DNA of 64,000 nucleotides from Vicinamibacteria bacterium (GCA_964291235.2 OZ219815.1:192001-256000), one strand, 5' to 3'. Positions 29,041 through 39,040 are shown, numbered from the stretch's first letter. Numbers and translations: made by a program. Notes: generated by a model not told the origin, from the sequence alone.

Positions 29041-29937
29041 ATGGAAACCCCCGATCCCCGAAATGCCGACATCCTGATCCATGTCGGCGGCGAGCTGCAG
29101 CCGCGGTCGGAGGCGAAGGTCTCCGTGTTCGACAGTTCGGTGCAAGGTGGCGACGCGGTCTGGGAGGGCTTGCGGATCTATCGGGGCCGCGTTGCGGATC
29201 TCGACCGGCACCTGGACCGGCTGTTCGGATCCGCGCATGCCATGGCCTTTCGCGAGGTGCCGCCGCGGGAAACGGTGCGGACCGCCCTCTTCGAGACCCT
29301 GCGGGCCAACGGCATGACTGATGGCGTGCATGTCCGCCTGACGCTTTCCCGCGGGGAGAAGGTGACTTCGGGAATGAGCCCCGAGTGGAACCGGTCCGGC
29401 TGCACGCTCATCGTGTTGGCCGAGTGGAAACCGCTCGTGTACGACCCCGCAGGCATCCGCCTGATCACCTCCGCGATCCGCCGGAACAGCCCCCAGTGCA
29501 TCGATTCGAAGATCCACCACGCCAACCTGATCAACAACATTCTCGCCAAGATCGAGGCGAATCACGCCGGCGTGGACGACGCTCTGATGCTCGACCTCGA
29601 CGGCTTCGTCTCCGAGACGAACGCCACGAACGTCTTCCTGATCCGAAGGGGCGCGCTAGAGACACCGCACACCCACAGTTGCCTGCCCGGAGTCACGCGG
29701 GCGACGGTGATCGAGGCGGCCCGGGAGGACGGTCTGCAGGTGGAGGAGAAGAACCTCTCCCTGACGGAGGTGTACACCGCTGACGAGATGTTCACGACCG
29801 GCACCGCGGGCGCACTGACGCCCGTGCTCGAGGTGGACGGGCGGCGGATCGGCAGCGGGTCACGCGGCCCGCTGACGCGCAGGCTTCAGGGGCTGCACCG
29901 CGAGCGCGCGTACGCGGACGGCGAGCCGATCGCCTGA
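29041..29937 (+). CDS. Aminotransferase class IV (branched-chain/D-amino acid aminotransferase-like)
   Basis: GDAVWEGLR, KIHHANL, ETNATNVF, LPGVTR and ADEMFTTGT. Confidence 0.9.
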   Translation: METPDPRNADILIHVGGELQPRSEAKVSVFDSSVQGGDAVWEGLRIYRGRVADLDRHLDRLFGSAHAMAFREVPPRETVRTALFETLRANGMTDGVHVRLTLSRGEKVTSGMSPEWNRSGCTLIVLAEWKPLVYDPAGIRLITSAIRRNSPQCIDSKIHHANLINNILAKIEANHAGVDDALMLDLDGFVSETNATNVFLIRRGALETPHTHSCLPGVTRATVIEAAREDGLQVEEKNLSLTEVYTADEMFTTGTAGALTPVLEVDGRRIGSGSRGPLTRRLQGLHRERAYADGEPIA

Positions 29938-29994
29938 GGGGATGGGAACGCCGGTTCACACCGCACCGGGAGAACTGGCCGCCGGCGCTCCGGG

Positions 29995-31692
29995 CTAGTA
30001 CCCCTTGACAACGCCGAGGCGCCTGGGGTCGGTCGCCCCGTGGAGCTTGCCGTCCTCCCCCATCCAGACGATCTGCATGGAGCCGGTGTGCCAGTTGTAG
30101 GCACCGAGATCGGTCACCTTGATCCCGCTCTTCTTCATGCCCTCGCGGACGGCGTCCGAGATGCGGGATTCGATCTGGACTCCCCGTTCATCGCCCCGGA
30201 AGGCCCAAAAGCGCGGCGCGTCGGCCGCGTCCTTCGGGTGCATGCCGTAGTCGATGATGTTCACCAGCACCTCGGTCACCGGCTGCGGCGGCGAGCCCGG
30301 CGTTCCCATCGCGAGCCAGGGTTTCCCTTCCTTCGCGATGATGATCCCGGTGATCGGCAGCACCAGGCGCCGTCCCGGACCGGCAGTGGAGGCCCGCGCT
30401 GTGCTTCCCGTCGCCCGCACGCCGTCGATGAAGATTCCCGGGGCGCCGCCGTGCCCGGTGTGGAGCATGGACACCCAGTTCCCGTGGGAGTCCACGATCA
30501 CGTTGTGGTTGCTCCCGAGATCGGCGGTGTCCGCGCCGCCGGCGCCCGTCGGAAACAGGGAGGCGGTCATGTCGGGAGCCTCGCTACCCGACAGATCCAC
30601 GCCGGGTAGCAGCATCGTGTTCTCGACGAACGCGGCGCCGAGCTTTCCGTATTCGTCCGACAACCAGAGCTCGATGGGCATCTGGAAGTTGAGCGGATCC
30701 TTGATGACCCAACGGGTTTCGTCGGCGACCCGGCCAAAGGCGCGGATCATGATCTCGAGGGCCTCGGAGGACTCGCTGTAGTGCCCCAGGCCCTTCAGGT
30801 CGAAGTTCTCGAGGATCTTGAGGTTGCTACCCACGATGACCCCGCCGGTGTCCGGCGGCGGTGAGCCGTAGAAGTCGAGGTCCCGGTAGGTGAACTTCGT
30901 CGGGTCGTCCCAGTGGGGCCGGTATTCGGCCATGTCCTGCATGCTGACCGCGAAGCCCTTCTTGTTCGCGGCCTCCACGAACTTTTGGGCCCAGGCCCCG
31001 GTGTACAGGTAGTCGGCGCCCTCGGAGGCGACTTTCTTCAAGTGCTCGGCCATTCGCGGCCGCTTCCAGCGCTCGCCTACCGGCACCAGGTGGCCGTCCG
31101 GCATGTACGCCGCGCGAGCCTCGGGGTTGCTGACGAGGTCCCCCTGCTCCATGAGCGCGTAGTTGATGCCGTACATGAACGAGGTGACGATGGCGCCCTC
31201 CTCGGCCGAGGCGATGGCCGGCTGCAGGTAGCTCGACCACTCCATGGTCCCGCTGCCGTAGCGCTCCGCGATCGCCTCGAGGCCGCGTACCACCCCGCCG
31301 ATGGCGACCTTGGAGACGTCGCCGTGGTCGTGCCGGTCGGCGCGGGGCCGCTCGGACACAGCGTTCAGTGACCAGTACTTGTCGGTGGCGGCGTCGTAGC
31401 CGATCACCGACATCGAGCCGAAGTGCGAGACCTGGTGGAAGTCCTGAACGTGCTGCACGAAGACGGCGGTCACCATGGCGTCCACCGCATTCCCGCCCTC
31501 TTTCAGCACCTGGAGCGCGGCCTCGCTCACCACCGGAAGCTGGGTAGCCACCATGACCGAGTCGCCAGTCGCTACCGGCTTCGGCCCCTGGTTGAGCTGC
31601 GGGTCGGGCTCGTTCTGCGCGGTCCCGGTGGCGGCGAGGGCCAATGTCGCCAGCGCCGCGAGCAGGCAAGTCAGTCGAAAGCTTCTTGTCAT
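29995..31692 (-). CDS. Gamma-glutamyltransferase-fold Ntn hydrolase, secreted (paralog 1)
   Basis: GGNAVDAM, PAIASAEEG, SPPPDTGG, GTPGS, APRF and GATDPRR. The processing site reads GSNHNVIVD. Confidence 0.85.
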   Translation of the reverse strand: MTRSFRLTCLLAALATLALAATGTAQNEPDPQLNQGPKPVATGDSVMVATQLPVVSEAALQVLKEGGNAVDAMVTAVFVQHVQDFHQVSHFGSMSVIGYDAATDKYWSLNAVSERPRADRHDHGDVSKVAIGGVVRGLEAIAERYGSGTMEWSSYLQPAIASAEEGAIVTSFMYGINYALMEQGDLVSNPEARAAYMPDGHLVPVGERWKRPRMAEHLKKVASEGADYLYTGAWAQKFVEAANKKGFAVSMQDMAEYRPHWDDPTKFTYRDLDFYGSPPPDTGGVIVGSNLKILENFDLKGLGHYSESSEALEIMIRAFGRVADETRWVIKDPLNFQMPIELWLSDEYGKLGAAFVENTMLLPGVDLSGSEAPDMTASLFPTGAGGADTADLGSNHNVIVDSHGNWVSMLHTGHGGAPGIFIDGVRATGSTARASTAGPGRRLVLPITGIIIAKEGKPWLAMGTPGSPPQPVTEVLVNIIDYGMHPKDAADAPRFWAFRGDERGVQIESRISDAVREGMKKSGIKVTDLGAYNWHTGSMQIVWMGEDGKLHGATDPRRLGVVKGY

Positions 31693-31713
31693 GTCGCTCT
31701 GCCTCCTGGTTGC

Positions 31714-33408
31714 TCAGTGGCCCGCGACGTGTCCCAGCCGCCGTGGATCACTGACCCCGTAGAGTTTTCCGTCGTCACCGCGCCAGATGATCTGCATCGA
31801 GCCGGTGTGCCAGTTGTAGTCGCCGAGCTCTTCCATCGCGATGCCGCTCCTCGCCATCCCCCGGCGGACCTCCTCCGAAATGCGGGACTCGATGCGCAGC
31901 ACCCGCCGGTCGGTCTGTCCGTAGAGGAAGGCCCAAAAGCGCGGCGCTTCCGCCGCCGCCTTCGGAGGCATTCCGAAGTCGAGGATGTTCACGAGCACCT
32001 CGGTCACCGGCTGCGGCGGAAACCCGGGGGTCCCGAGCGAGAGCCAGGGCCTGCCGTCCTTCATCACGAAGACCCCGGTGACCTCGGCCAGGATGCGCCG
32101 TCCGGGACCCATCGTCTCGGCCTTCACGCCGCTGCCGGTGGCGCGGACGCCGTCGATGAAGATCCCCGGAGCGCCGCCGTGCCCGGTGTGGAGCGAGCTG
32201 ATCCAGTTCCCCTCGGCGTCCACGATCACGTTGTGGTTGCTGCCGAGGGTCATCGAGGATGCGACGTTCGCCTCCGTGGTTTCGAGTTCCACCGCCGCCG
32301 TCAGGTCCACCCCCGGCTGCGGCATCGTCTGCCGCACGAATTCGGCGCTCAGCCGCGCGTATTCCTTGGAGTTCCAGAGCTCGTAGGGGTTTCGGTAAGC
32401 GGCCGGGTCCTGGATGGACCACTTCATGTCGGACTCCACCTTGCCGAAGCTCCGGACCATGATCTCGAGGGTCTCCGGGGACTCGGCGTAGTGGCCGGTG
32501 GCCCTGAGATCGAACTGCTCCAGCACATTCAGGTTCTGCCCGACCAGCAGCCCGCCCTTGTTGGGAGGCGGCTCGACCAGGATTTCGTATCCCCGGTAGG
32601 AGAAGCGCGCCGGCTCCAACCAGCGCGTCTCGTACTCGGCGAGGTCTTCCAGGGTGACGCAGAAACCGCGCCTGGTCGCCTGCTCCACGAACTTCTTCGC
32701 CCAGTCGCCCTTGTAGAGGTGATCGGCGCCGTTCTCGGCGACCGCGCGCAGGGTTCCGGCGAGTGCCGGCATCTTCCAGGTTCCTCCCACCGGAACCAGG
32801 TATCCCTCGGGCATGTAGAAGGCGCGCGCTTCTTCGTTCTCCCGAATCAGGCCACCGCCCTCCCAGAGGCTGTAGTTGTTCGCGTACTGGAAGTTGGTGA
32901 CCAGGACCCCCTCTTCGGCGGCGGTAATCGCCGGTTCCAGGTAGCTGGCCCAGGGACGGGTCCCGAACCGCTCCGCGAGGGATTCGAGACCACGGACCGT
33001 GCCTCCGATGGCGAGCCGGCCGACCCGCTTGCCCTCCCCGCAGCGGTCGGCTCGCGGCCGCTCCGAAAACGCGTTGAAGGCGTAGGTGGTCCCGGTGGCG
33101 GCCTCGAAATAGAGGCCGGACATTGCGCCGAAGTGCGAAACCTGGTGGAAATCCTCGACGTGCTGCAGGAAGACGGCGGTGACGAAGGCGTCCACCGCGT
33201 TCCCGCCGTTCTCAAGCACGCGGAGCGCCGCGCCCGTGACGTTCGGGAGCTGGGTCGCCACCATGCCCCCGTCGGCCGTGGCGACCGCCTTCGGCCCCTG
33301 GTTCAGCAGCGGATCCCGGGAGCCCGTGGGCTCCTGGGACCGGGCCGCAGGCGTGGCGGCCACGACCGCAAACACCAGGAACAGGACAAGCCGCGAAGCT
33401 TTCTTCAT
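31714..33408 (-). CDS. Gamma-glutamyltransferase-fold Ntn hydrolase, secreted (paralog 2)
   Basis: GGNAVDAF, PPPNKGG, GSNHNVIVD, GTPGF and GVSDPRR; collinear with paralog 1. Confidence 0.85.
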   Translation of the reverse strand: MKKASRLVLFLVFAVVAATPAARSQEPTGSRDPLLNQGPKAVATADGGMVATQLPNVTGAALRVLENGGNAVDAFVTAVFLQHVEDFHQVSHFGAMSGLYFEAATGTTYAFNAFSERPRADRCGEGKRVGRLAIGGTVRGLESLAERFGTRPWASYLEPAITAAEEGVLVTNFQYANNYSLWEGGGLIRENEEARAFYMPEGYLVPVGGTWKMPALAGTLRAVAENGADHLYKGDWAKKFVEQATRRGFCVTLEDLAEYETRWLEPARFSYRGYEILVEPPPNKGGLLVGQNLNVLEQFDLRATGHYAESPETLEIMVRSFGKVESDMKWSIQDPAAYRNPYELWNSKEYARLSAEFVRQTMPQPGVDLTAAVELETTEANVASSMTLGSNHNVIVDAEGNWISSLHTGHGGAPGIFIDGVRATGSGVKAETMGPGRRILAEVTGVFVMKDGRPWLSLGTPGFPPQPVTEVLVNILDFGMPPKAAAEAPRFWAFLYGQTDRRVLRIESRISEEVRRGMARSGIAMEELGDYNWHTGSMQIIWRGDDGKLYGVSDPRRLGHVAGH

Positions 33409-33445
33409 GATGGCCTCCCGCGACATTTCCCCCGCCGGGTCGGTG

Positions 33446-35524
33446 TCAGTGTGTCACTCGCGGGTTCCGCATCCCCAGGTGACGCTCAAAGAAGTCGGCG
33501 CTGCGACGGAAGACCTCCAGCCAGTTCTCGTGGCGGAGAAAGCCGTGGACCTCATCCGGGAAGATGAGCAGTTCGTGCTCGACGCCGAGTTCGCGGAGCT
33601 TCTCCACGAGTTCAATCGTCTCGTTGAAGGGCACGTTCCGGTCGTCGTCGCCGTGGACCAGGAGCACCGGCGAACGCCAGCCGTCCACCGTCGAGAGGGG
33701 TGACGACTCGAACGCCAGCCGCGCCGCTTCCGGGTGGTGATCCGGTTCGTAGGACGGATTGAACCCCTGGATCGTGCGGTTCCAGTCGTGGACCCCGTGG
33801 ATGTCCACTCCGGCGGCGAACAGATCGGATGCCCGTGACAAGCCCATCGCGGTCAGGTAACCCCCGTAGGAGCCACCCCAGAGACCCAGGCGGTCTCCGT
33901 CCACGCCGGCCATGTCGGCCAGGGTGCGTCCCGCCCCGAGCACGTCCTGATGCTCGGCGCCCCCGGTGGCCCCGTAGTTGAGCGCTTCCCGGAACTCCAT
34001 GCCGTAGCCGGTGCCGCTCCGGTAGTTCACCGAAATCACCGTGACGCCGCGGCTCGCCAGGTACTGGTGGAAGGCGTAGCAGTTCGAGTAGTAGCCCATG
34101 TAGTGCCAGCCGAGCAGCATCTGCCGGCGGGACCCGCCGTGCAGAAAGAGCACGCCCGGCCCCGGAGTTTCGGACCCGTTCGCGGGCCGGAAGAGTTGGC
34201 CGTGGATCTCCATGCCGTCCGCGGAGGCGAAGACCACGGGTTCGGGATCGACCAGGTGGTCGAGCGGGAAGTCCGCCGGGAAAGCGTCCGGCGCGAGAGC
34301 CCGCGGATCCGCGCCGTCGAGCTGCACCATCGGCTGGAGGGGGCGGCGCCCGTCGCCCCCCAGGAAAGCCACGCCTCCCTGGACGGCGACCGGCAGCGTT
34401 TCGATCCCCGTTCCCGAGGTCAGGGCCTCGGCGGCCGATCCCGCGGTGAGCCGCCAGAGGTGCCGGCGGTCGATGTCGTCCTGGTTGGTGGCGGCGATGA
34501 GCCCGCCCTGCCCGTCGCCGACGGCGTACTCGATCTCGAACATTCCCGAGGTGAGCGCCTCGGGATCCCCGCCGGCGGCGGAAACCGCGTAGTAGTGCCG
34601 GTACCCGGTTCGCTCCCAGGGAAAGAGGAGCTGTCCGTCACCGGTCCAGTGGAGCTGGTTCGCGGAAGCGGTCCCGGAGAAGACGCTTCCCATACCCGGC
34701 TCGGCGCGGAAGACCTCCCGGCTGACGCCGGGGTCATCCACCGCGGCCACCCGAATGCTCCACGGCGGGCCTTCCCGGTTCGGAGCGAACATGGGGCGCT
34801 CGAGCACCGGCGGGACGCGCAGGAACGCCACTTCGCTCCCGTCCGGCGAGAAAGCCGGGGATCCGTCCCGGTCCACCGCGGGATCCAGCCAGCGGACGGT
34901 TCCGGCGTCGAAGTCGTGGACCCCGACGAAGGAGTGGGCGCCGCGGCTCGACACGAAAGCGAGCCGCGAACCGTCGGGAGACAGCCGCAGGCTTCCGAGC
35001 GATCCGCGCACGTCGATCACCGGTTCGGCCTCCGCACCAGGGTCGAGGCCGATCCGCCAGATCTTGCCCCGCCGGACGAAGAGGAGCGCGTTCCCATCGG
35101 CGGTGAACACCGGGCTGCCGGCAGGTTCGGTAAGCCGGCGCGGGCGGTCCTCGATGACCCACAGCGCCCGTTCCACCCCCTCCGGACGGCTCAGCGGGTT
35201 GGGCAACTCGCCGGCCCGATTGGGGCCGTCGCCGCGTACGAAGGCGATTCGGGAGCCGTCGGGGCTGAACGCCAGAGCGGAAATCGTGGTGCCGTCGTCA
35301 CCCGAGAAATCGGTCAGCCGGCGCCCCTGAAAGTCGGGCGCAGCGGCGGCCCAGACGTTCCGGGCCCCCTGTTCGTCGAAGACCCAGGCGACCCGGTCGC
35401 CGTCCGGGGACGCGGTCAGGCTCGTCGGGAACGGTGCCGAGAAGACCTGTTCGAGGGTGAACTGGGCCTCGGCGCCGGAGGCGCCGAAGATGCCGAGCCA
35501 GAGAAGGATGGCGATGCGTCGCAT
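33446..35524 (-). CDS. S9 family peptidase (beta-propeller plus alpha/beta hydrolase), secreted
   Basis: SPDG repeats, GLWGGSYGG, HGDDDRNV and DEVHGF. Confidence 0.92.
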   Translation of the reverse strand: MRRIAILLWLGIFGASGAEAQFTLEQVFSAPFPTSLTASPDGDRVAWVFDEQGARNVWAAAAPDFQGRRLTDFSGDDGTTISALAFSPDGSRIAFVRGDGPNRAGELPNPLSRPEGVERALWVIEDRPRRLTEPAGSPVFTADGNALLFVRRGKIWRIGLDPGAEAEPVIDVRGSLGSLRLSPDGSRLAFVSSRGAHSFVGVHDFDAGTVRWLDPAVDRDGSPAFSPDGSEVAFLRVPPVLERPMFAPNREGPPWSIRVAAVDDPGVSREVFRAEPGMGSVFSGTASANQLHWTGDGQLLFPWERTGYRHYYAVSAAGGDPEALTSGMFEIEYAVGDGQGGLIAATNQDDIDRRHLWRLTAGSAAEALTSGTGIETLPVAVQGGVAFLGGDGRRPLQPMVQLDGADPRALAPDAFPADFPLDHLVDPEPVVFASADGMEIHGQLFRPANGSETPGPGVLFLHGGSRRQMLLGWHYMGYYSNCYAFHQYLASRGVTVISVNYRSGTGYGMEFREALNYGATGGAEHQDVLGAGRTLADMAGVDGDRLGLWGGSYGGYLTAMGLSRASDLFAAGVDIHGVHDWNRTIQGFNPSYEPDHHPEAARLAFESSPLSTVDGWRSPVLLVHGDDDRNVPFNETIELVEKLRELGVEHELLIFPDEVHGFLRHENWLEVFRRSADFFERHLGMRNPRVTH

Positions 35525-35534
35525 GGGAGGGCTC

Positions 35535-36803
35535 CTACCGGGAAACCAGCCGCACCGGGAGGTGCTTGATTCCGTGGATGAAGTTGGAACGGAGACGGTC
35601 GGGCGGGCCGGTGCGTTCGATGGCGCGCACCCGGCGAAAGAGTTCCTCGAAGGTGACCCGGACCTCGAGGCGGGCCAGCCAGGCGCCGAGGCAGACATGG
35701 CGTCCGGCGCCGAAGGCGAGGTGGGGATTCGGATCCCGGCGGAGGTCGAAGCGTTCGGGCTCCGGGAAGGCCTCCGGGTCGCGGTTCGCGGCGATGTACC
35801 AGAGGACGGCCTTGTCGCCGCGCCGCAAGCGGGCGCCGTCGAGGTCGAGATCCCGGGTCAGGGTCCTTCGGAAGTGCATGGTCACCGAGGTCCAGCGGAG
35901 GATCTCCTCGGTCGCCGACTCGTAGAGGTCGCGGTCGCCCGGGGCCGCGCTCAGCTCGCCATAGGCGGCGGGATGTTCCAGCAGGGCGAGGAGGCCGTGC
36001 GAGATCGTGTGCCGGGTGGTCTCGTTCCCGGCCACGATGAGCAGCAGGAAGAAGTTCTGAAACTCCAGCTCGGTCAACGGGCGGCCGCCGGCGTCCTCGG
36101 CCAGCATTCCGGAGAGGACATCCTCCGTCGGCCGGCGCAACCGCTCCTTCCGGATGCGGCTTGCGTAGTCGAAGACGGAACGCGCCGCCGGGCTCCGGAA
36201 AGGCAGCAGGCGGAACGCTTCGGTGTCCTCCTGATCGATCACCGCCATCGAAAACTCGGGATCGGCGTTCGAGATCAGCGCGTCGCCCCACTCCACGAGC
36301 TCGCCAGCGTCCGTCTCGGGCACGCCGAGGATGCGACAGAGCATCCGGATCGGCAGCTCGCGGGCGACTTCTTCGACGAAATCCAGCTCGCCGAGTTCGA
36401 GAGCGCGGTCGAGCACCAGCGCGGCGAGTTCGCGCACCGACGCTTCGTAGGCCGCGATCGATTTCCGCGAAAAGCCGGCTCCCACCAGCCGGCGGAGACG
36501 GGCGTGCTCGGCGCCGTCGTACTCCATCATCGTGCGGCGGGCTTCCAGTTCGTCCTGGTCGAGCTCTTCGAGGCGGATGCCGCGGGCGCAGGAAAAGTCC
36601 CGGGGGGTGGAACTCGCGCGGAACACGTGGGCGTGGCGGGTGAGCGCCCAGAAGCCGGCGCCGTCCTCTTCCTCGATCCAGCACGGGGAACCCCGTTCCC
36701 GGAGCCGCCGGAAGAGGTCCCAGGGGACGCCCTTTGTATAGGTGTCGTGGGAGACGATGGCCTCGAAGCCGGCTGGGGACCCGTTCCGCGCGTTCGTCGT
36801 CAC
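35535..36803 (-). CDS. Cytochrome P450 (canonical; CYP125-like appearance)
   Basis: VAGNETTR, EEILRW and HLAFGAGRHVCLG. The start is uncertain (GTG at 36803 chosen). Confidence 0.9.
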   Translation of the reverse strand: MTTNARNGSPAGFEAIVSHDTYTKGVPWDLFRRLRERGSPCWIEEEDGAGFWALTRHAHVFRASSTPRDFSCARGIRLEELDQDELEARRTMMEYDGAEHARLRRLVGAGFSRKSIAAYEASVRELAALVLDRALELGELDFVEEVARELPIRMLCRILGVPETDAGELVEWGDALISNADPEFSMAVIDQEDTEAFRLLPFRSPAARSVFDYASRIRKERLRRPTEDVLSGMLAEDAGGRPLTELEFQNFFLLLIVAGNETTRHTISHGLLALLEHPAAYGELSAAPGDRDLYESATEEILRWTSVTMHFRRTLTRDLDLDGARLRRGDKAVLWYIAANRDPEAFPEPERFDLRRDPNPHLAFGAGRHVCLGAWLARLEVRVTFEELFRRVRAIERTGPPDRLRSNFIHGIKHLPVRLVSR

Positions 36804-36906
36804 GAGCCGGATGGTACGCCGGGGAGAGCGGCCAACAGTGACGCACTTCCCATCGCGAAAACGGTGCGGGGCGCTTTCACCACCTGCTATAGGCTCTCGG
36901 GTTCCG

Positions 36907-37638
36907 ATGAACCCGAGCAAAATTCTCTGTGTTCATCTCAACTACTCGAGCCGGGTCGAGGAGTTCGGGGCGCGGCTTCCGAAGGCGCCCACCTACTTCC
37001 TGAAGCCTCCCTCCGCCCTGATCCGCAGCGGCGAGCCGGTCATCCGTCCGCGGGGTTGCCGGTATCTGAACTTCGAGGGAGAAATCGTCGCGGTGATCGG
37101 ATCCAACTGCCGGGGAATCGAGCCGGAAGACGCCGGCCGTTTCGTCGCCGGGTACACGATCGGCAACGATTTCGGCCTTCACGACTTCCGCGACACCGAT
37201 GCCGGGTCCATGCTCCGGGTGAAGGGGTCGGACACCATGTGTCCGGTGCTGGACGAGGTCGTTTCCGGGTGGGACTTCCGGGGGAAGACCATCCGCACCC
37301 TGGTGAACGGCGAGGTGCGGCAGTCCGGCAACACCGACGAGATGGCGTGGAACCCCCACTACCTGATCGCGGATCTCGCCCGGACCCACACGCTGTTTCC
37401 GGGGGACCTGGTCTTCACGGGCACTCCGGCCGGCTCGCGGCCGGTGGAGCCGGGCGACGAGGTCGCCGTCGAGGTGGAGGGACTCGGCCGTCTCGTGAAC
37501 CCGGTGGTCGCCGCCGAGTGGGGGATTCCAGCGGGCTACGGGGCGCAGCCGACCGAGTCGGAGGAGGTGCGCTCGACGGCGCTGGGCGGCGATTGGGAAT
37601 TCAGAGGCATCCGGCCTCCGAGAGCGGCGGCACGATGA
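36907..37638 (+). CDS. Fumarylacetoacetate hydrolase family protein (HpaG/HpcE-like)
   Basis: FLKPPSAL, NFEGEI, GYTIGNDF, KGSDT and GDLVFTGTP. Confidence 0.9.
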   Translation: MNPSKILCVHLNYSSRVEEFGARLPKAPTYFLKPPSALIRSGEPVIRPRGCRYLNFEGEIVAVIGSNCRGIEPEDAGRFVAGYTIGNDFGLHDFRDTDAGSMLRVKGSDTMCPVLDEVVSGWDFRGKTIRTLVNGEVRQSGNTDEMAWNPHYLIADLARTHTLFPGDLVFTGTPAGSRPVEPGDEVAVEVEGLGRLVNPVVAAEWGIPAGYGAQPTESEEVRSTALGGDWEFRGIRPPRAAAR

Positions 37639-38405
37639 GCAGGCGGACGCTTCCCGAACGGCCCCGGATCGGACTCAGCTCCTGGAAACGGCCGGTGCAC
37701 ACCATCGTCGGGGCCCCGGAACAGCTCTTCACGCTCGCCGAGGAATATGTGGATTGCGTCCGGGCCGCCGGTGGCGTCCCGCTCATCCTGCCCCCGGCGC
37801 CCCTCAGCGCGGCGGCCGACGCGGTCGCCTCGGTGGACGCGCTGGTGCTCACCGGCGGCGGAGACTTCTCGCCGTCGTCCTACGCGGAGCCCGACGAGGG
37901 CGTGAGTTCGGAGATCGATCTCCAGGAGGACGCCTGGGACGTCGCGCTGACGCTCGCCGCCCGGGACGCGGGCATTCCCTTCTTCGGCATCTGTCGCGGG
38001 ATGCAGGCGCTGAACATCGCACTCGGCGGGACACTCCATCAGGACATCGGCGACCGGGAGCACCACCCGCCCATCCCGGAGGTCCCGGCGGATGCGGTCG
38101 CCTTCCGGCACCCGGTCACGATCAAGGCGGAGAGCCGGCTCGGCCGGATTCTCGGGGTCACCGAGCGAAGCGTGAACAGCATCCACCACCAGGCGGTGAA
38201 CCGGCTCGGACAAGGGCTCGTTCCCGTCGCCCACGCCCCGGACGGGATCATCGAGGGCGTCGAGTACAACGGGGCCGCGGCGGGCGCCGGGTGGCAATGT
38301 CTGGGGGTGCAGTGGCACCCCGAGCGCATGGGGCACACCCTGGACCAGCTCATCTTCGATGAGGTGGTCCGAATGGCCGCGGAGCGGGGACGCGACGGGG
38401 AGTAG
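37635..38405 (+). CDS. Gamma-glutamyl-gamma-aminobutyrate hydrolase family (peptidase C26, PuuD-like)
   Basis: LVLTGGGD, FGICRGMQ, VNSIHHQ and GVQWHPE; ATG at 37635 overlaps the FAH gene stop. Confidence 0.92.
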   Translation: MSRRTLPERPRIGLSSWKRPVHTIVGAPEQLFTLAEEYVDCVRAAGGVPLILPPAPLSAAADAVASVDALVLTGGGDFSPSSYAEPDEGVSSEIDLQEDAWDVALTLAARDAGIPFFGICRGMQALNIALGGTLHQDIGDREHHPPIPEVPADAVAFRHPVTIKAESRLGRILGVTERSVNSIHHQAVNRLGQGLVPVAHAPDGIIEGVEYNGAAAGAGWQCLGVQWHPERMGHTLDQLIFDEVVRMAAERGRDGE

Positions 38406-38430
38406 CCGGTTAGAACGTCTTCGCCCGCTC

Positions 38431-38751
38431 TTGATGATGCCGGGAGGAACGCGCCAGGCGCGGACCCCGACCGCACGGACAGCGTGTAGGCACGGGAACG
38501 CCGACCTCCAGGTCGGCACAGCGGCGCGGAGCGCCGCGGGCGGTTCCTCGCCGCTCGCGCTCACGGGGTCCCTCCGAGAGAGAGCCATCCCGGCCAGCCA
38601 AGTCCGCCCCGCCGCCCGCCTACGGCGGGCTGTGCCGGCCTGGAGGCCGGCGTTCCCGTGCCTTTCCGACATCAAGGCTGGTGGGGTTCCCGCCGAGAGG
38701 GGAACCATCCTGCATCGATCTCTGCGGCGGAGGAATGAGAAATCCCGGCTA
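38431..38751. mobile_element. Left-truncated copy of a MITE-like REP-containing element
   Basis: About 320 bp collinear with 48662-48985; ends ATGAGAAATCCCGGCTA. Confidence 0.75.
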
Positions 38752-39003
38752 AGCGCCCGGAGCGGCAAACCGATCGTCCGACTGGTTCTGTACCGGGCCC
38801 GCGGAAAGCGACAGTTCGGAGAACTCAAGGGACGCTTGGCGGTCCCTGCCATCGCCTCCGATCCGCATCCAGAGAGCGAACTAGAGGCATGGGAACGACG
38901 GCCGGGATTCTGCATTCCCCGATGATCCAGACCGACGCTCCAACGTGATGATGATGATGTAAAGCGGCCCGTTCGATCATCAAAACTGATACAGCGCAAC
39001 CAG

Positions 39004-39032
39004 TTGCTGGACGCGGAGGCGCGGGCTAGGCT
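39004..39032 (+). promoter_or_regulatory. Sigma70-type promoter of the riboswitch transcript
   Basis: TTGCTG-17 nt-TAGGCT, ending 8 nt before riboswitch P1. Confidence 0.7.
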
Positions 39033-39040
39033 GCCTCTCA

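Noticed and set aside
35457-38405. 982-aa ORF on the + strand
   Set aside because: Only the last 256 aa (PuuD-like, from 37635) look real. The rest is antisense to the P450 or out of frame with the FAH gene.
38359-38925. ORFs within the repeat elements (also 48605-49002 and 19554-20231) as a new protein family or transposase
   Set aside because: Their mutual similarity comes from the non-coding repeat, frames are not conserved between copies, and there are no DDE or HUH motifs.
38946-38959. (TGA)n microsatellite
   Set aside because: Only about 4.7 units, intergenic and upstream of the promoter -35, with no evidence of function.
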